DNA from: Chiloscyllium plagiosum
Taxonomy: Eukaryota
Assembly: GCF_004010195.1 (NCBI RefSeq)
Contig: NW_025214472.1
Span: 1-44,333, forward strand
Reading direction: 5' to 3'
DNA: 44,333 bases
The stretch's first letter is position 1. Each line of letters opens with the position of its first letter. The position numbers and the translations under genes were made by a program. This document shows, piece after piece, positions 23,700-36,738 of the stretch. The notes under the pieces were generated by a model, which saw only the letters and a list, made by a program, of their open reading frames with translations, was not told the DNA's origin and ran no database searches.

Positions 23700-25295
23700 A
23701 AAAATCAAAGAACCAGGGGTGCAGGAAATCAGAAACAAAAGCAGAAATTCCTGTAAAAAATACAGCAAATCTGACAGTATCTGTACAGAGAGAAGCAGAG
23801 TTAATCTTTTGGGTCTGATGACCCTACTTCAGAACTAATTAAAGCTAGGAAAAGATTGGTATATAAGCTGAAGGTGAGATGGTGGGGGGTGGAGATGGAG
23901 CCAAAGAGAGAGACTAAGTTGGTCAGACAAAGGAATTAGTAAAGTTTAGCCTGGGAGATCAATTGCTGCTAATGCGCACCGTTGGTGGCTGACAATGGGT
24001 TGTTTGTTAACAGACCATGTGATGCCAAGACCTCACGTTTGAGGATTGGGGTAAGGACATGGGAGAAGATGCTCAGGCCCTAAAATTATTTAACCCTATA
24101 TTGGGTCGGAAGGCTGCAGGGTCCATAGTTGGAAAAGAAGATGCTCTTTGCCCAGCTTGTGCTGTCTGAGACAGAGATGTTCGCCAGGGAACACGACGGT
24201 GTGTTGAAATGGCAGGCAACGGAAGCTCAAGGTCATTTCTACGGACAGAATGTAAGTGTTCTGTGAAGCAGTCACCCAGTCCATATTTTGTCTCCCCAGT
24301 ATAGGGGAAACCACATTGAATACAGCAGACTAGATTGCGTGAAGTACAGGTAAAGTACTGATTCACCTAGAAGGTATGCCTGGGGCCATGGATACTGAGG
24401 AGGGAGAAAGTAAATGGGCAGGTGTTACACCTGTAATTGCATTGGAAGGTGCCATGGGGATGCAGGGTGATGTTAGGAGAGGAGAAGGCGTGGACCAAGG
24501 TGTCTGGGAGGGAACAGTTCCTGCAGAAGGCTGACAGGGAAGGAGACAGGACTATGTGTCTAATGGTGGCATCCTGCTGGAGGAAGTGGAAATGGCAGCT
24601 ATTGATCATTTGGATGTGGAGGTTATGGGGTGGTAAGGAACAACAATGGGTACTGTATTGGAGTTGCAGGAGGGAAAGAAAGGGAAGGGGTGAGGGCCGA
24701 TGTGTGGGCGATGGGTTGGACGTGGCTAAAGGCACTGTCAACCATGGTGGTATGGAATCTCCAGTGCAGGAAGAATGTGGACATCCTCACAACAGATGTG
24801 ATTGAGATGAAGAAACTGGGATAATGGTACAGCGTCTTTACAGGAGCAGGCTGTAAGGATGTATAATCAAGGTAACAGTGGGTTTTTATGAGACATCGGT
24901 TGCCAGACTATTCCCAGAAATGGAAACAGAGATGTCGAGGAAGGAAAGGGAGAAGTCAGAGATAGAACAGATAAAGGTAAGAGCAGGGCTGAATATGAAA
25001 ACAACTTGTCCAATTCCGGATGGTAAAGGGAAGCAGCACTGATGATGTCATTAACATACCAGAGAACGGGTTTTGGGTGGGGCCAGAGGCAGACTGGAAC
25101 ATAGAATGCTCTACATATCCCACAAAGTGTAGCCCATGGCTACACCTCTTTGACCTGAAGAAAGTGAGAGTTGTTGTAGGAAAAGCTGTTCAAAGTGAGG
25201 ATGAGTTCGGCCAGTGGGGTGGATGGGGACGGTTCAGGCCTTTTTCCAGGAAGAAGCAGACAGCCCAGAGGCCATCCTGATGGGGGATAGACATG
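23700..25295 (-). mobile_element. Penelope-like element, RT C-terminus + GIY-YIG + terminal repeat, decayed
   Basis: FTCTSRNLVCCIQCGFPYTGETK..GDCFTEHL; FLDISVSISGNSLATD RT segment; degenerate hammerhead at ~23800-23835. Confidence 0.85.
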
Positions 25296-25530
25296 TAAAA
25301 GAATTTATGCTTATGATGAATGCTGAGCAGATTCAATGGACTGAATGGCGTACTTCTGCTCCTATGGTTTGTGTCTTATCTCTTTGCATCCTCCCCACAA
25401 CTTCCTATTTAGATCATCAGTACTGTTCAGACTATTATTTTGAATTTAAGCAAGGGCATTTATGAGGGCAAGAAACCAGAGCTAGCGAAAGTAGTTTAGG
25501 TGAATGGATAAGTCAATAGAGATGCAGTAG

Positions 25531-25657
25531 GTAAAAACAATGACTGCAGATGCTGGAATCCAGAGTCTAGATTAGAGTGGTGCTGGAAAACCACAGCAGT
25601 TCAGGCAGCATCCGAGGAGCAGTAAAATTGACGTTTCGGGCAAAAGTCCTTCATCAG
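25531..25657 (-). mobile_element. Short Penelope terminal-repeat insertion inside a CR1 fragment (~25450-25850)
   Basis: Same family as 14733-14860; flanked by cagtag/cagtgg. Confidence 0.8.
25630..25657 (-). ncRNA. Minimal type I hammerhead ribozyme core
   Basis: CTGATGA A GGAC TTTT GCCC GAA ACGT C; stem II has one mismatch and the stem I 5' strand is missing. Confidence 0.55.
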
Positions 25658-26039
25658 TGGCAAACATTTAACGGGATATTCCAGTAACCAGAAAATAGCT
25701 ATATTTCAACAAATAAGAAAAATTCTAAGTGATGGATTCTTCCGAATCTTCAGAGGGATACAGTCAGGTTGAACAATGGGCAACAACTTAGCAGATGGAA
25801 TATAATGTAGGAAAAAATGAAGTTGTGTACTTTGGCATGGACAAGGTCCACTCCAGCAAGCTATGCCCACATATTTTAGTAATTACCCTTATTTAAGCTT
25901 AGAACATTTGTTTCTGACCCAATCGTCCCTTTCAATCTGAAATCTAAATTCTGCAACATATGGCGACTGTTTCTGACATCATTTATTAAATCTACCTCAT
26001 TATACATCACCAGATCCAAAATAGCCTGATCCCTGGTTA

Positions 26040-26810
26040 CATCCAGAACATATTAAAAGCAAACAAATCAAGGGAATATACAATAAACAGGAAGGTATTG
26101 AGAGGGGTAAAGGAAGTGAGAGATGTTGTAGTGCTTGTGCACAACTCCCTGATGGTGGTAGGACAAGTAGGTAAGATCATAAAGGAGGCATACACGATTC
26201 TTTCCTCCGTTGGACAAGATATTAAATACAAGAGTAGGGATGTAAAGCTGGAACTATATAAGACACTGGTTCGACCACAGCTGGAGTTTTATGCACAGTT
26301 TTCTGGTTACAACATTACAGGAAGGACATAATTGCTCTAGAGAGAGATTTACAAGAATGTTGCCAGGATTTGAGAATTGTACCTATGAGAAAACATTGAA
26401 CAAGCTCGAGTTGTTTTCCTTAAAACAGAGGACGCTGAGGGGTGACTTAATTGATGTGTACAAAATTATAAGGGACTTGGATAAAGTGGAAAGGGAAGTC
26501 TTATTTCCCCATGGAGAAGGAAATTACCAGGGGCACAGAATTAAGATAAATGATGGAAGGATTAGAGGGGGCATGAAGAAAAGCTCTCTCACCCAAATGG
26601 TAGTGGGTATCACTGCCCAGTTTGGTGGTTCAGGTAGAAACTCTCAACCTATTTAAAAGGAATCTAAATCTGCACTTTAGGTTTCCAACCCGACAAGATC
26701 AGGTGCTGTTGGTAAGTAGGATTACAAAGGGTGGCAATTTATTCAGTCGGTGCATACCCAATGAACTGAATGGCCTTTTTTGGTGCTGTAACTTTTCTAT
26801 TGCTCTATTT
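26040..26810 (+). mobile_element. CR1 LINE 3' end
   Basis: KLELYKTLVRPQLE, RFTRMLPG, LELFSLKQRTLRGDLIDVYKII. Confidence 0.9.
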
Positions 26811-27959
26811 CAATGTTAACTATTTTCACTGGACTTTAATTGCTGCTTTGTTATTGTATCTTATTTACAATTTCTGGCAAAATACTAAAGATTAAATTCA
26901 GACACATGTCAATTTCATATTTACAGCATGCATGGATGTTCATTTTAATAGAAGCAAAATAAACGGCCATAAATGCATCACAATGTAATTCGGTCTTAGC
27001 TTGGCAGCATCTGTGTGCCACTCATGCACACATAAAGCTAGAACCAGCAAGGGATCACACACATCTCAGTAATCCGTCCTTGTCCATCTGTTATTTTATG
27101 CAATATATGTCATATACTAACCCTTTTATGAAATGTGATGATTTTACTGAAACACAGTCTATGAATAGATTGTCATATTAAGTGCACATGAGCAGATGGT
27201 GATGATAATTCATAACAAAATAAATGAATAAACAGTATTTGAGAAAGTAAACCAAAGGTTTATTCTACTGAAGATTCTGACATTTGGATATACAATGTAG
27301 GAGCTTGGATGTTTTTGTAAAGAGGTATGCAAGCCCATTGTCATTCATTATCAGTATAGAGCTCATACACAATAGCTTTCGATACAAACAGTATATGCAT
27401 TATATTCATTTGCAAACCACGTTGCATTTTCACACAGACACTATTATTTAATTTTTTTTACAACTGGGTATCTAATGCTAAAGAATCTTCTAATAAAGCT
27501 TTTATATAAAGACTGAATATATCAATTTTTGATTAAGAATAAACGTATTGCTTTTGTATCAGCATTGCTGATCAAAATAAGTTTACTGATATGTTTACAT
27601 TAAAATAATTCTAGCCTTTAAGTTGTGCTTACTCTGTGTTGGAAATGATGCAAAAGTAGTTTGTGCATTTAACATTTATTCAGACTGTAGTGTTTTAGAG
27701 CTAATTTCCAATAAAAATTAATTGAACGAGAGGCATAAGTGTGTTGAAAAGATGTCTAGACTTTTCTTAAGGATGAGGGATTTAGGGTGACATGTTAAAC
27801 ATGTTACCTGAAAAAGGTAACCAGCATCATAAACTTCCCATCAGGATATAAAAGGCTGCATGCGCACCAGTATCTGACAGTAATTTGTACTTATTCTTAA
27901 ATTGAGTCTGATAGTTTCACAAGAGATGATCATGCATTTTGGATTTGATGTAAAGCGCT

Positions 27960-29975
27960 AATGAGTACTAGGTAATCGATGTTGTCAACAATCACTCTCT
28001 AACGATTATGAGCATCCACTTAGAAAGTTTTGTGTCACTGATCATGGGTTCTATGGGTCCTTACATGGTTGATGAGCCTGATCCTAGAGCAACATTGTCC
28101 ACCACACATTTAGCAGCTATTTCTAGAAGGGGGAATTGGTCCTTGGTCTTGAACTCACTAACAGTCCTTTCACTGATTCTTTTCCCATACCTCCATTTGC
28201 TGATGGGTATTCTCAAAGAATTGTGTCCCTTCATACAGAGGGTTAATGAAAGTCAGTTTCTTCTGAACAAGGGTCACCTACACGTTGATATCTAAATTGC
28301 AATTTTTGAGGGAAATCTTTGGACAGTCTTTGAAAAGCTTTCTCTGTCCTCTCATTTGAGTGACTTCCTTAAGCTGGATGAAGATGATTTGCTATTGTAA
28401 TTGGAACTCGGGTATGATAAACAATGGCCATCCCAGTGATGTTGGTTTCAGATGATCATGACCTCAACGCTGGTGCTATTTGCTGCTTCAAGGACACCTG
28501 TCCTCCCGGCTAGTGCAGAAAATTCATTGCAAACAGCATTAAATGGTACTTCTCAAGGGCCTTAGAGGTGGCATCTATATGTACCCTCAGTTTCAGGGTC
28601 ATGCAGAAGAGTCACAAGGATGACTGCCTTATACACAAGAATGAATCACAGATGTCATGGTCATTTTTAGGCAGCTGAAGGTGGTGCTCACAGATTGGAT
28701 GCCACGTTGAATCTTCACATCGAGATCTGCCTTAGATGACAGGTTGTTCCCCAGGTAAGGTAAACGTTTTACATTTGGGAGGAATTCTCTGTTGATGTTA
28801 CTGGAGGGATGGACCGGAACTTGCCCTGGGATGGGCCAATAAAGGATTTGAGTCATCCTGAGGTTGAGGCAGAGATCAATTCTTCGGTGTGCTTCCGTGA
28901 AAGTATTAAGTGAGTCTTGAAGATTCTCTTCTGACATAGCAGAAGTGACATTGTTGTCTTCATACTGAAGTTCCACAAGTGAGGTTGGTGTCATTTTTTT
29001 CTTGGTTTTCAACCAGCTGAGGTTGGAATGTTTTCTGTCCATCCTGTAGACAATACCTACACCACTAGTAAGCTTGTTCTTACAAAATGAAGATTGGCGG
29101 CAATGAAGATGGAGAAAAGGGTGGTGGGGAGTGATTCATCCCTGCTTGATCCCTGTCTCGACCTTAAAGAACTCTGTAATATTACTATTGTTGAGGACCA
29201 TTGCTAATAGCTTGTCATGGAGGAGACAAAGGACTCTGAATTCCTCTGGACAGCCAGCCTTTGACATGGTCTTTCTTGATTTGAATTGAATCATTTACTG
29301 TCACATGTATTTAATATAAAACACAGTGGAAAGTGTGTACTATCGCCATGCATAGGCACCATTCTCATTAACTTAAAATAAAATTAAAAATGACAAAATA
29401 TAATTAAAGAGAGTCTAACTTACCCTCCTCTGCTACTGCAGTCCTGCCGGGGCTTCACCAGCCTATGCCGTGCTGCCACCAGAGCCCACTCAGGTCTACA
29501 CCAGCCCACTCCACATGGAAGCAAGAGTCCCACTCCAGGCTTCAAAGGCCAGCTGACTCTGTAGCCAAGCTGCCTCTGAAGACGCCGCTCTGGAACCCCT
29601 CTTCCTACCAAAGAGCTCTCTTTATCAGGTAAGTTTGGGTGAAAACTAAATAAAACTGAGAAAAGAAGGGGTAAAAGGAAAAAGAAAAAGCAAAGAGGAA
29701 AAGGCCGGGCACAGAAGCCCAGACGCTGCCTACTCTGCTGCCACCATCCTTATAAAGCATTTCCCCATGGACTAAGTCAAAGGCCTTTGTCAGATTTATG
29801 AAAGCCATGCAGAGTGGATGGTTTGTTCCTGGCATTTCTCTTGGAGTTGCAAAGCAGTGAAAATCATTGTTCCAAAGTTTGGTAGGAAGCCACACTGGCT
29901 TTCAGGAAGTGTTTCCTTTGAGGCTAGAAGAAGGTGCCCAGTGAAGATTCATGTAATGGTCTTCCTGGCATAGAG
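27960..29975 (-). mobile_element. RTE-clade LINE, decayed RT and 3' end, split by an insertion
   Basis: PLCMAFINLTKAFDLV, KAGCPEEF, TGIKQG, ELQYEDN (YADD), LPYLGNNLSSKADLDVKIQRGI. Confidence 0.8.
29278..29750 (-). mobile_element. ~470-bp non-coding non-LTR insertion, possibly a Rex1/Babar-type non-autonomous derivative
   Basis: Interrupts the RTE frame between EMLY and RKTMSKAGCP; minus strand starts aggatggtggcagc and ends tacatgtgacagtaaatgattcaattcaaatcaa. Confidence 0.6.
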
Positions 29976-30014
29976 CGTAGGGAGCAATAATATCACTACA
30001 CCATTGCTTTCCTG

Positions 30015-30312
30015 TCATGGAGAAGATGTTTACTCTAGGAGGAGAGACTGGGACCTGAGGCCACAGTGAAGGGACAATCCTTTAGAACTAAGATGAGGAG
30101 GAATTTCTTCAGCCAGAGGGTGATAAATCTGTGGAAATCATTGGAGTCAAAGTCATTGAATGTATTTAGAGATACCTAGATATGATTAGTAAGGGGATCA
30201 CGGGTTACAGGAAAAAGGAAGGAGAATGGGGTTCAGAAACATTTCAGCCATGATTGAATGGTGAAACAGATTTTTTGGGCCAAATGGCCTAATTTTGCAC
30301 CTATATTTTATG
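30015..30312 (+). mobile_element. CR1 3' end fragment; a second tail lies at ~30525-30610
   Basis: FRTKMRRNFFSQRVINLW followed by 3' UTR. Confidence 0.85.
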
Positions 30313-31239
30313 ATCTTTTGGTCTGAAGAAGGAAGAAACTTATTGAGCTTGATGATCTTTACTGTTCCTAAAATTATCATTTCTTTGCCATGGTCACATT
30401 TGTTCTGTTTGTCATCTGCAAACAATGTATTTTGTCAGCCCTTGTCCACCAGTAAAACCAGCTTCCAAAACAACTGCCAACTCTGCTTTGCACAAAAGAC
30501 ACTGAAGAATGAGAGTTTCTCCAGTGACAGGTCAGCCATGATCTTGAGAGTGGAACTGGCTTGAAAGGGCCAAAAGATCTACTCATGCTCATACCTTCCT
30601 GTGTTCCGATCATAGGTTATTTTTGGCATTTTTGTGTTCAAAGAGAGCATACTGACATCTGCTGGATAATTCAGCAACTACGAATATAGTTCCAGTGTTG
30701 TAAAAATTCAAGGATTCCCTCTAATTTCTAGTTTTTATAACATTAAATAAGCCTTTCATTGGAACAGAAATTGTGTTACTTTGCCAATGCAAAAATTATT
30801 ATATACTCAAAAAAGCTCTTTTCAGAATGTTTCTCACCATGTTCTGCTGTCAAAATCAATGTAAACCACATAGGTCCATGACAGTTTGGATAATTTAAAC
30901 TACATCCCTTTGCACAAAAAAAAATCATTGAATATCATTCAATTACTTTTTGGGTAAATATATTATAGGAAGGTACCCAAGCGATTGTACCAAGTATACC
31001 ACTTTCTATTTCAATGAGTGTGTACACCTCACCGGGAAGGGGGCAAGAACTTGCAGAATTCATCAAGCTCCAGTGAAGACTCGACATGGCTAACTGATTA
31101 TATCGCAACACAACAATTTAAAAATGCTAAAAAATATCAAAGCTGTCCTGCTCCCCAGTTCTATTTCAACTTTGTTTTATTTCACCCCCGAACAAAATAA
31201 CTTTTTCTTTCAGGTGTTAAGCATCACAAGCTCCAACAA

Positions 31240-33005
31240 AGCATAGGTACTGTGTCCCTCTGGATCCTTTACCTTGCTCTTCCATCTTCCCTTCCCTCTG
31301 TCATTGCCTTCTTCTAATACCACCTCTCACTATGTCTTCACTATACCCTCTGACCTTCCATTGCCTGATTCTCAATGATCTGTGCTCAGCAAAATGATAT
31401 TCCTTTATTATCCCATCTCAGTGAATATCAGGACAAGACACTGAACTCTCCTTTTGCTATCTTCACTTCTATGCCCATTTCTTTGAGCAGAGTCCTCTCC
31501 CAGCTCCACAGAAGCTTTCCCCCATCTCCATGACTCTCCCTCCATATGGAGCCTTCCCTCTGGCCTTTTAAGTGCCCTTGAACTCTTCATTGAGAACTGT
31601 CCACGTGTCATTGCTGCCTTAATTTCAAAATTTTATATGTTTCTCTCTCTGTGCTTGCTGCACTCAGTTCCCTCCAGTTCAACCCTATTTTGTTATTAAA
31701 TCTGCCAAAACGAATGGTGCTACTCTCTAGCAGATCAGCCTTTATCTTGAAGTCTAAGCATCAGTTCTCAGACACGTTTTCCACTTTCATTCTGGATTAT
31801 AACCACATTACTGAACACCAAGCTGTTATTTTTCAGGACTTCCACTCACCTCATCTCCTCCAGAGGTGTCCCATCAACAGCTTCCCACCTCACAATCCTC
31901 CCATCCGCACTGCCAGCACTACCTTCTTCTCTAAAACCACAAACAGGTCTGCCCTGAAATACCCATGGTTTCAGCCTGTTTTGACAAAACAATTTGTTGT
32001 GTCTCATCTCAATTCTATTTTTTATTCCCTTTCTCTGTCTCTTCCAGTTCCACAACTTCCAGTTTCCTGGCAGCAGCCTCATTATGGCCATGCAATCCTC
32101 GTACACCTCAATCTCTGATCAGTATGGTTTGAAAGCACTCCCCCTCTTCCTTGAAAGGAGACCTTAACCTGGTTGAGCTCTTTGAACAACCTCTCTCTTA
32201 ACTTATCCCGCTTTCTTCAAGGTAAAGCTGTGGCTATGCTATTCGCCAGATCCCAGTCGGTATGCACAATACTCCTTGTTTCAGTTTCTGCATCTTTATT
32301 GCATCTCAATGGGCCCTTGGTCATGTTCAAATCCTTTTCCACACTTATTCCCTTACCACTTCACCTCCCTGCCAGAAAAATGATAGGGTTTCTCTCGTTC
32401 TCATTCTCCATACACTTCTGCATTCAAAACAGCAAGTCCTGATATTTCTACCACCACCAAGCACATTTTGTCCCTCCCCTCCCTTTTCAGTATTCCACTG
32501 GGATCAATCCTTCCACGACTTTTATCCATTCTTCCGCCACTTCCAACATCTCTTCATTCACCCAATGCAAGTTGGGAGGAACAACTGAAGCACTCATTTT
32601 CTATTATAGATGACAGGGCTCAACTTTAAATTCAACAACTTCAGTCCATGAATTCTGACTTCCATTTTGATTTACCCCCTTCAACATACCCTCACTCCAA
32701 TATCTTGATTGCATTGCTATGCTCTCAAGAAAATTAACCTTTTTTCTGCGACATACATCTCCAATTAATCTACCCTTCATCCATATCCCCTGTCCACCAT
32801 TAACACTCGCTTGTCTTTTGCTCTGCACCATTCAACCCCAATTGCTCCTCCTCACCCCTTTTCTGCAGCATGAAAACCCACTACAAAATACTAATCCAAC
32901 CCCCATCAGATATGAAAGTCATATTGGATTTAAAATGTTAATACTATTTCTCTTTCCACAAACATTGTTAGATTTACTGTGTTTCTCCAGCACTGATTTT
33001 AGTAA
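31240..33005 (+). mobile_element. Penelope-like element, heavily decayed
   Basis: FVIKSAK.NGA (IKPADKGGA-like), FLQGKAVAM (QVKGVAMG-like), pyrimidine-rich 3' region and a degenerate terminal repeat at ~32905-33000. Confidence 0.7.
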
Positions 33006-33737
33006 AAATGAGACTGCCAGTTCCTTTGCATTTGCTAACTGGTTCTGGCAGTCCTTGTGTTGCCAAAACACCTGTCCTGGTTGAATGGTGTTAGGTCTCT
33101 CAGTCCAGCCTCACCAATAGCATAGACAGAAGAAAATTGAAGTTTTATTTTAAATCTCCTGTCTTGCAAAGTGCAATTATTAGCTCTGGGCTGAATATTA
33201 TATTTTGTTTGGTCAAGTCTGAGTTGCACGTGGCTTTTTGAGAGTTTCTTGTCACGAGGCCGAGCAAGTTCTCTCACTGTATCTTCTCAAATATATCTTA
33301 TTAATTACCAAAAACACCCCAATGGGGTCTCTCATGGCTATTTTCTGTTCCAGTTTACCATGTGCTGTTCCCAGAATAACTCGCCACTCATTAGTATCCT
33401 GGAATTTAGTCATGCCTTGCACTCGTGCCATCTGCAAAACCCCAATGTCCACCCATAAAAGTGTGGTCAGTCCACAGCTGTATAGTACAGTTCTTGACAT
33501 TTGCCCTGAACGTGAGTCACGGGGGTCCTGTAGCTCCTGCTGGATGGCGTAACACCCAAGCTTCCTGCTGCCTCCGGACCAGCAGTAAAGAACACAACAC
33601 CAGGCTGTGTTAGCCTCGTCCAAGGTTCCACCCATGGTAAAGCAGTCTCAATCATCTGGAGGAATGCCCAGCACTATAGGAAAACAGTCAAAGTCCTTTC
33701 CCACTCTGCCAGGGTAAGTTCCGCCATCTACTCTCTT

Positions 33738-34077
33738 GGGGAGGTGATGATCTGCTGGTATTATTGCTCGACTATTAATCCAGAGACTCAGGAAATGTTC
33801 TGGGGACTGGGATTCAAATCCCACTATGGCAGATGGTGGAATTGGAATTCAATAAAGATCTGAAATTAAGAGTCGACTTATGACCATGAAACCATTGTTG
33901 ATTATCAGGAAAAATCTATTTGGTTCACCAATGTCATTTAAGGAAGGAAACTGACATCCTCACCTCATCTGGCCTTCATGCAACTCAAGAGCACAGCAAT
34001 GTGGTTGATTTTTAACTGCACTTTGTGCAATTAGGAATGAACAATAAATAACTACATTCCATGAATGAATTTTAAAG
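33738..34077 (+). mobile_element. tRNA-derived SINE sharing body and tail with the LINE at 10849-11597
   Basis: Box B-like ggattcaaatccc (33811-33823); body tcctcacctcatctggcct...cacagcaatgtggttga matches 10850-10905; tail caataaat...ccatgaatgaattttaaa. Confidence 0.75.
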
Positions 34078-34104
34078 AAATCTCACAATCACTCTCTCTC
34101 TCTG

Positions 34105-34340
34105 TGACAAGGGATCACAGTCTCAGAATACAGGGAAGGCCATTTAGGACTGAGATGAAAAGAAACTTTGTTAACAAGAGAGTGTAAGCCACACAAAGCA
34201 TTTAAGGCCAGGTCTAAAGGGGTCAGAGTATGTGAAAGCTGGAAGAAGGACCTGAGTTGTATGATCAGCCACGATCATACTGAATGGCAGATCAAGTTCA
34301 AAGAGATAAATCACCTACTCCTGCTCCTATTTTGCTGTTT
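34105..34340 (+). mobile_element. CR1 3' end fragment
   Basis: GHSLRIQGRPFRTEMKRNF plus gatcagccacgatcatactgaatggcag tail. Confidence 0.75.
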
Positions 34341-35339
34341 CTGCTCCCACCAAGACTGATGCTCTGTCAATCCCACAACTGCCTACAAAACATTTCCCAT
34401 TTGCTCTCACCCACTCCAACCCAACACCTGTAACACTGCCTGCCCTCTGCACTGTATACTCACATTCCCACCTGCACCAAAAGTAATAGGTGCGCCACAC
34501 ACTTTCATCTTCCATATAATACCTGCCTCGCCATTTCCAGGAGTATAGCAGTCCATAATAGGGCAGAAAGAGTCAAGATGAGTAATGTGCTACTTATTAT
34601 TCAGCTCCTCACCCCTTACCCCTTCCTGGGTAGCAAGAAAAGTTGGAAAAATACAGTGAGAATGAAAAATCTTCGTTTCCTCAAATTTCTCCTTAGGCTT
34701 TAAAATGGCAACTTCAGAATCTCACTACTGAGTTGTTACTCCCTTATTTCCTTGTATTTGCATCTCATTATTAGCCCAACTTACATACCACTTCCAATTT
34801 TCCCCTCCTTCCCCAAGAAACTGGATCATGCACATTCCTGACATATAAACCTGAGCTTGCTTCATCCAACCGTGCAAGTAGCATAAAGTCCCTGGTACTC
34901 CATTATCAGAATCCTCCTCCACCAGTCATCCGCACAAGTCAACAACAAACTCTGAGCCTAATAACATCATTACTGCTCCCAGACCAATCCACACACCACT
35001 TCAGCCCATTAGGTCAGGAACATGTACAACTTGCATGCTTTTGCCGAGTCATTTTGTACTTAGGGACAAATACACACCTCATTCATCAAAACATCTTATG
35101 GCTCTGAGCGTCAGTTCTTAGCACTCACTTTTAAGTTACTTCATGTCTGCCAGCCTCTGTAGCTTGCACTGCTCATTAGTGCAGATGCAGATTCAGGCAG
35201 CTAGTCACAGTGGGCAGCAATGAACAGTTATTGGGGTGGACATTTTGCCGTGTGGCTCTGCGCTACAAAAACGGCACCCTACAACATGTACCAGCAGCTT
35301 ATGCAGGAAATGTGTGCTTTAAGAAAATGGCCACAACTG

Positions 35340-35482
35340 AAAGAATGTGAGGGCTACAGATGCTGGAGATGTTTCAGGCTTCATCAGAAATTCCTGATGA
35401 AGGGCTCAGGCCTGAAACGTCAACTTTCCTGCTCCTCGAATGCTGCCTGACCTCCTGTGCTTATCCAGTACCACACTTTTCA
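35340..35482. mobile_element. Palindromic Penelope-terminal-repeat element
   Basis: Deleted minus arm (cagatgctggag..gtttcagg cttcatcagaaat) head-to-head with plus arm (ttcctgatgaagggc...ccagtaccacact). Confidence 0.75.
35394..35421 (+). ncRNA. Minimal type I hammerhead ribozyme core
   Basis: CTGATGA A GGGC TCAG GCCT GAA ACGT C; all core nucleotides are present and helix III is the palindrome ACGT. Confidence 0.6.
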
Positions 35483-36499
35483 GCCATGACTGAAAGCCAA
35501 AGGGGAGAGGTCTTTGGGTCAACTTGGATTACGCTGTAAAGGAGTGCCACTAGTCAGTCAAGGGGCTCATCCGATTTCAATCCAAGGGTTCATCCACTGT
35601 CAGTAAGGGGCTTGATCTTACTTGTGTCCGGGCTTAACTGCAACTGATCCAGGTATTTCAGGTAGCTCAGTCAGGTGATGTGGAGGTATCAGTGTCAGGT
35701 GTGGACTGTCCTTCCAAGTTAATCTGGGGAGGTTGGGCCTGAGGATGTTTTCAGGCAGCCTTCAGAGGAAAAAGTGAGAAACTCAAGTCAAGACATAGGC
35801 TCCATTGAAGTGAGTTTGCTAAGGGAAAGATTATGATGGAAGGGGTCTATTCCAACTTGAAGGGGAGATACTATAGACTGTAGAAGAACAAGGAACTCAA
35901 GAACAGGGGTGTTTTCCCATGTCACGTACATTCTGGCTTCTACTTAAGTAAATTATATGAACAATAAGAGCACAGTAAATCAAAAGCTATGCTATATGGG
36001 TAAACTGGGGACATTAATAATTGTGTAGAGGCTAAATGTAAATGGATGAGGGTGCTGAAAGATCAGGGAGAGAATTACAAACGAGAATATGAAGAATTGG
36101 GGGAAAGGGGAGGGATCACCTGCATCTCTCACAGAAAACCTACAAGTGACTCCAAAGAACACAAAGTTGGAACCTTACAATTTTTTATCCAAAGTCAATG
36201 CATAATAATGTAAAATGTCTGCCACTGTGTAGAGTGAGTGGAGAAAGTTACTGTTCCTTTTGAGGCTGGAGTAAAATTGTTTGAACTTGAAACCGTGAGG
36301 GACAACTGCTTGGATCATGTATTCATTGATTCGGTGATCTACTTCCAAGGCATAATATTGCATTTCATCAGGTCATTAATTGCAATTGATGGAAAGGCTC
36401 AGCAGCACCATTAATGTTCTCTTTCGCATGCTCTAAGAGCCGAATGGCCTACGCCTGCTCCTATTGTCAATATTTCTATTGATGACATTTTGCCATGAT

Positions 36500-36738
36500 A
36501 GCCCATCAATCTTCCTTCCCACCCTCCTCTCTGACCTATCACCTTTATCCCCACCTCCATCCACCCATTGAACACTCAGCTACATTCTCCCCAGCCCCAC
36601 CCTCCTCCCATTTATCTCCTCATCCCTGAGGCTCCAAGCCTCATTCCTGGTGAAGGACTTTTGCCTGAAACTTTCCTGCCCCTCGCATCCTGCCTGACCT
36701 GCTGTGTTTTTCCAGCACCACTCTAATCTACACTCTAA
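36500..36738 (+). mobile_element. Penelope-like 3' UTR/terminal repeat with broken hammerhead
   Basis: Reverse-complement homologue of 14760-14990; ctggtgaaggacttttgcctgaaac. Confidence 0.8.

Noticed and set aside
33238..33655. Overlapping 60-127 aa ORFs as a host gene
   Set aside because: No recognisable domain or consistent coding exon; kept only as a non-coding candidate.
34350..35950. Possible decayed DNA-transposon pieces
   Set aside because: No matched TIR pair or coding motif could be shown.
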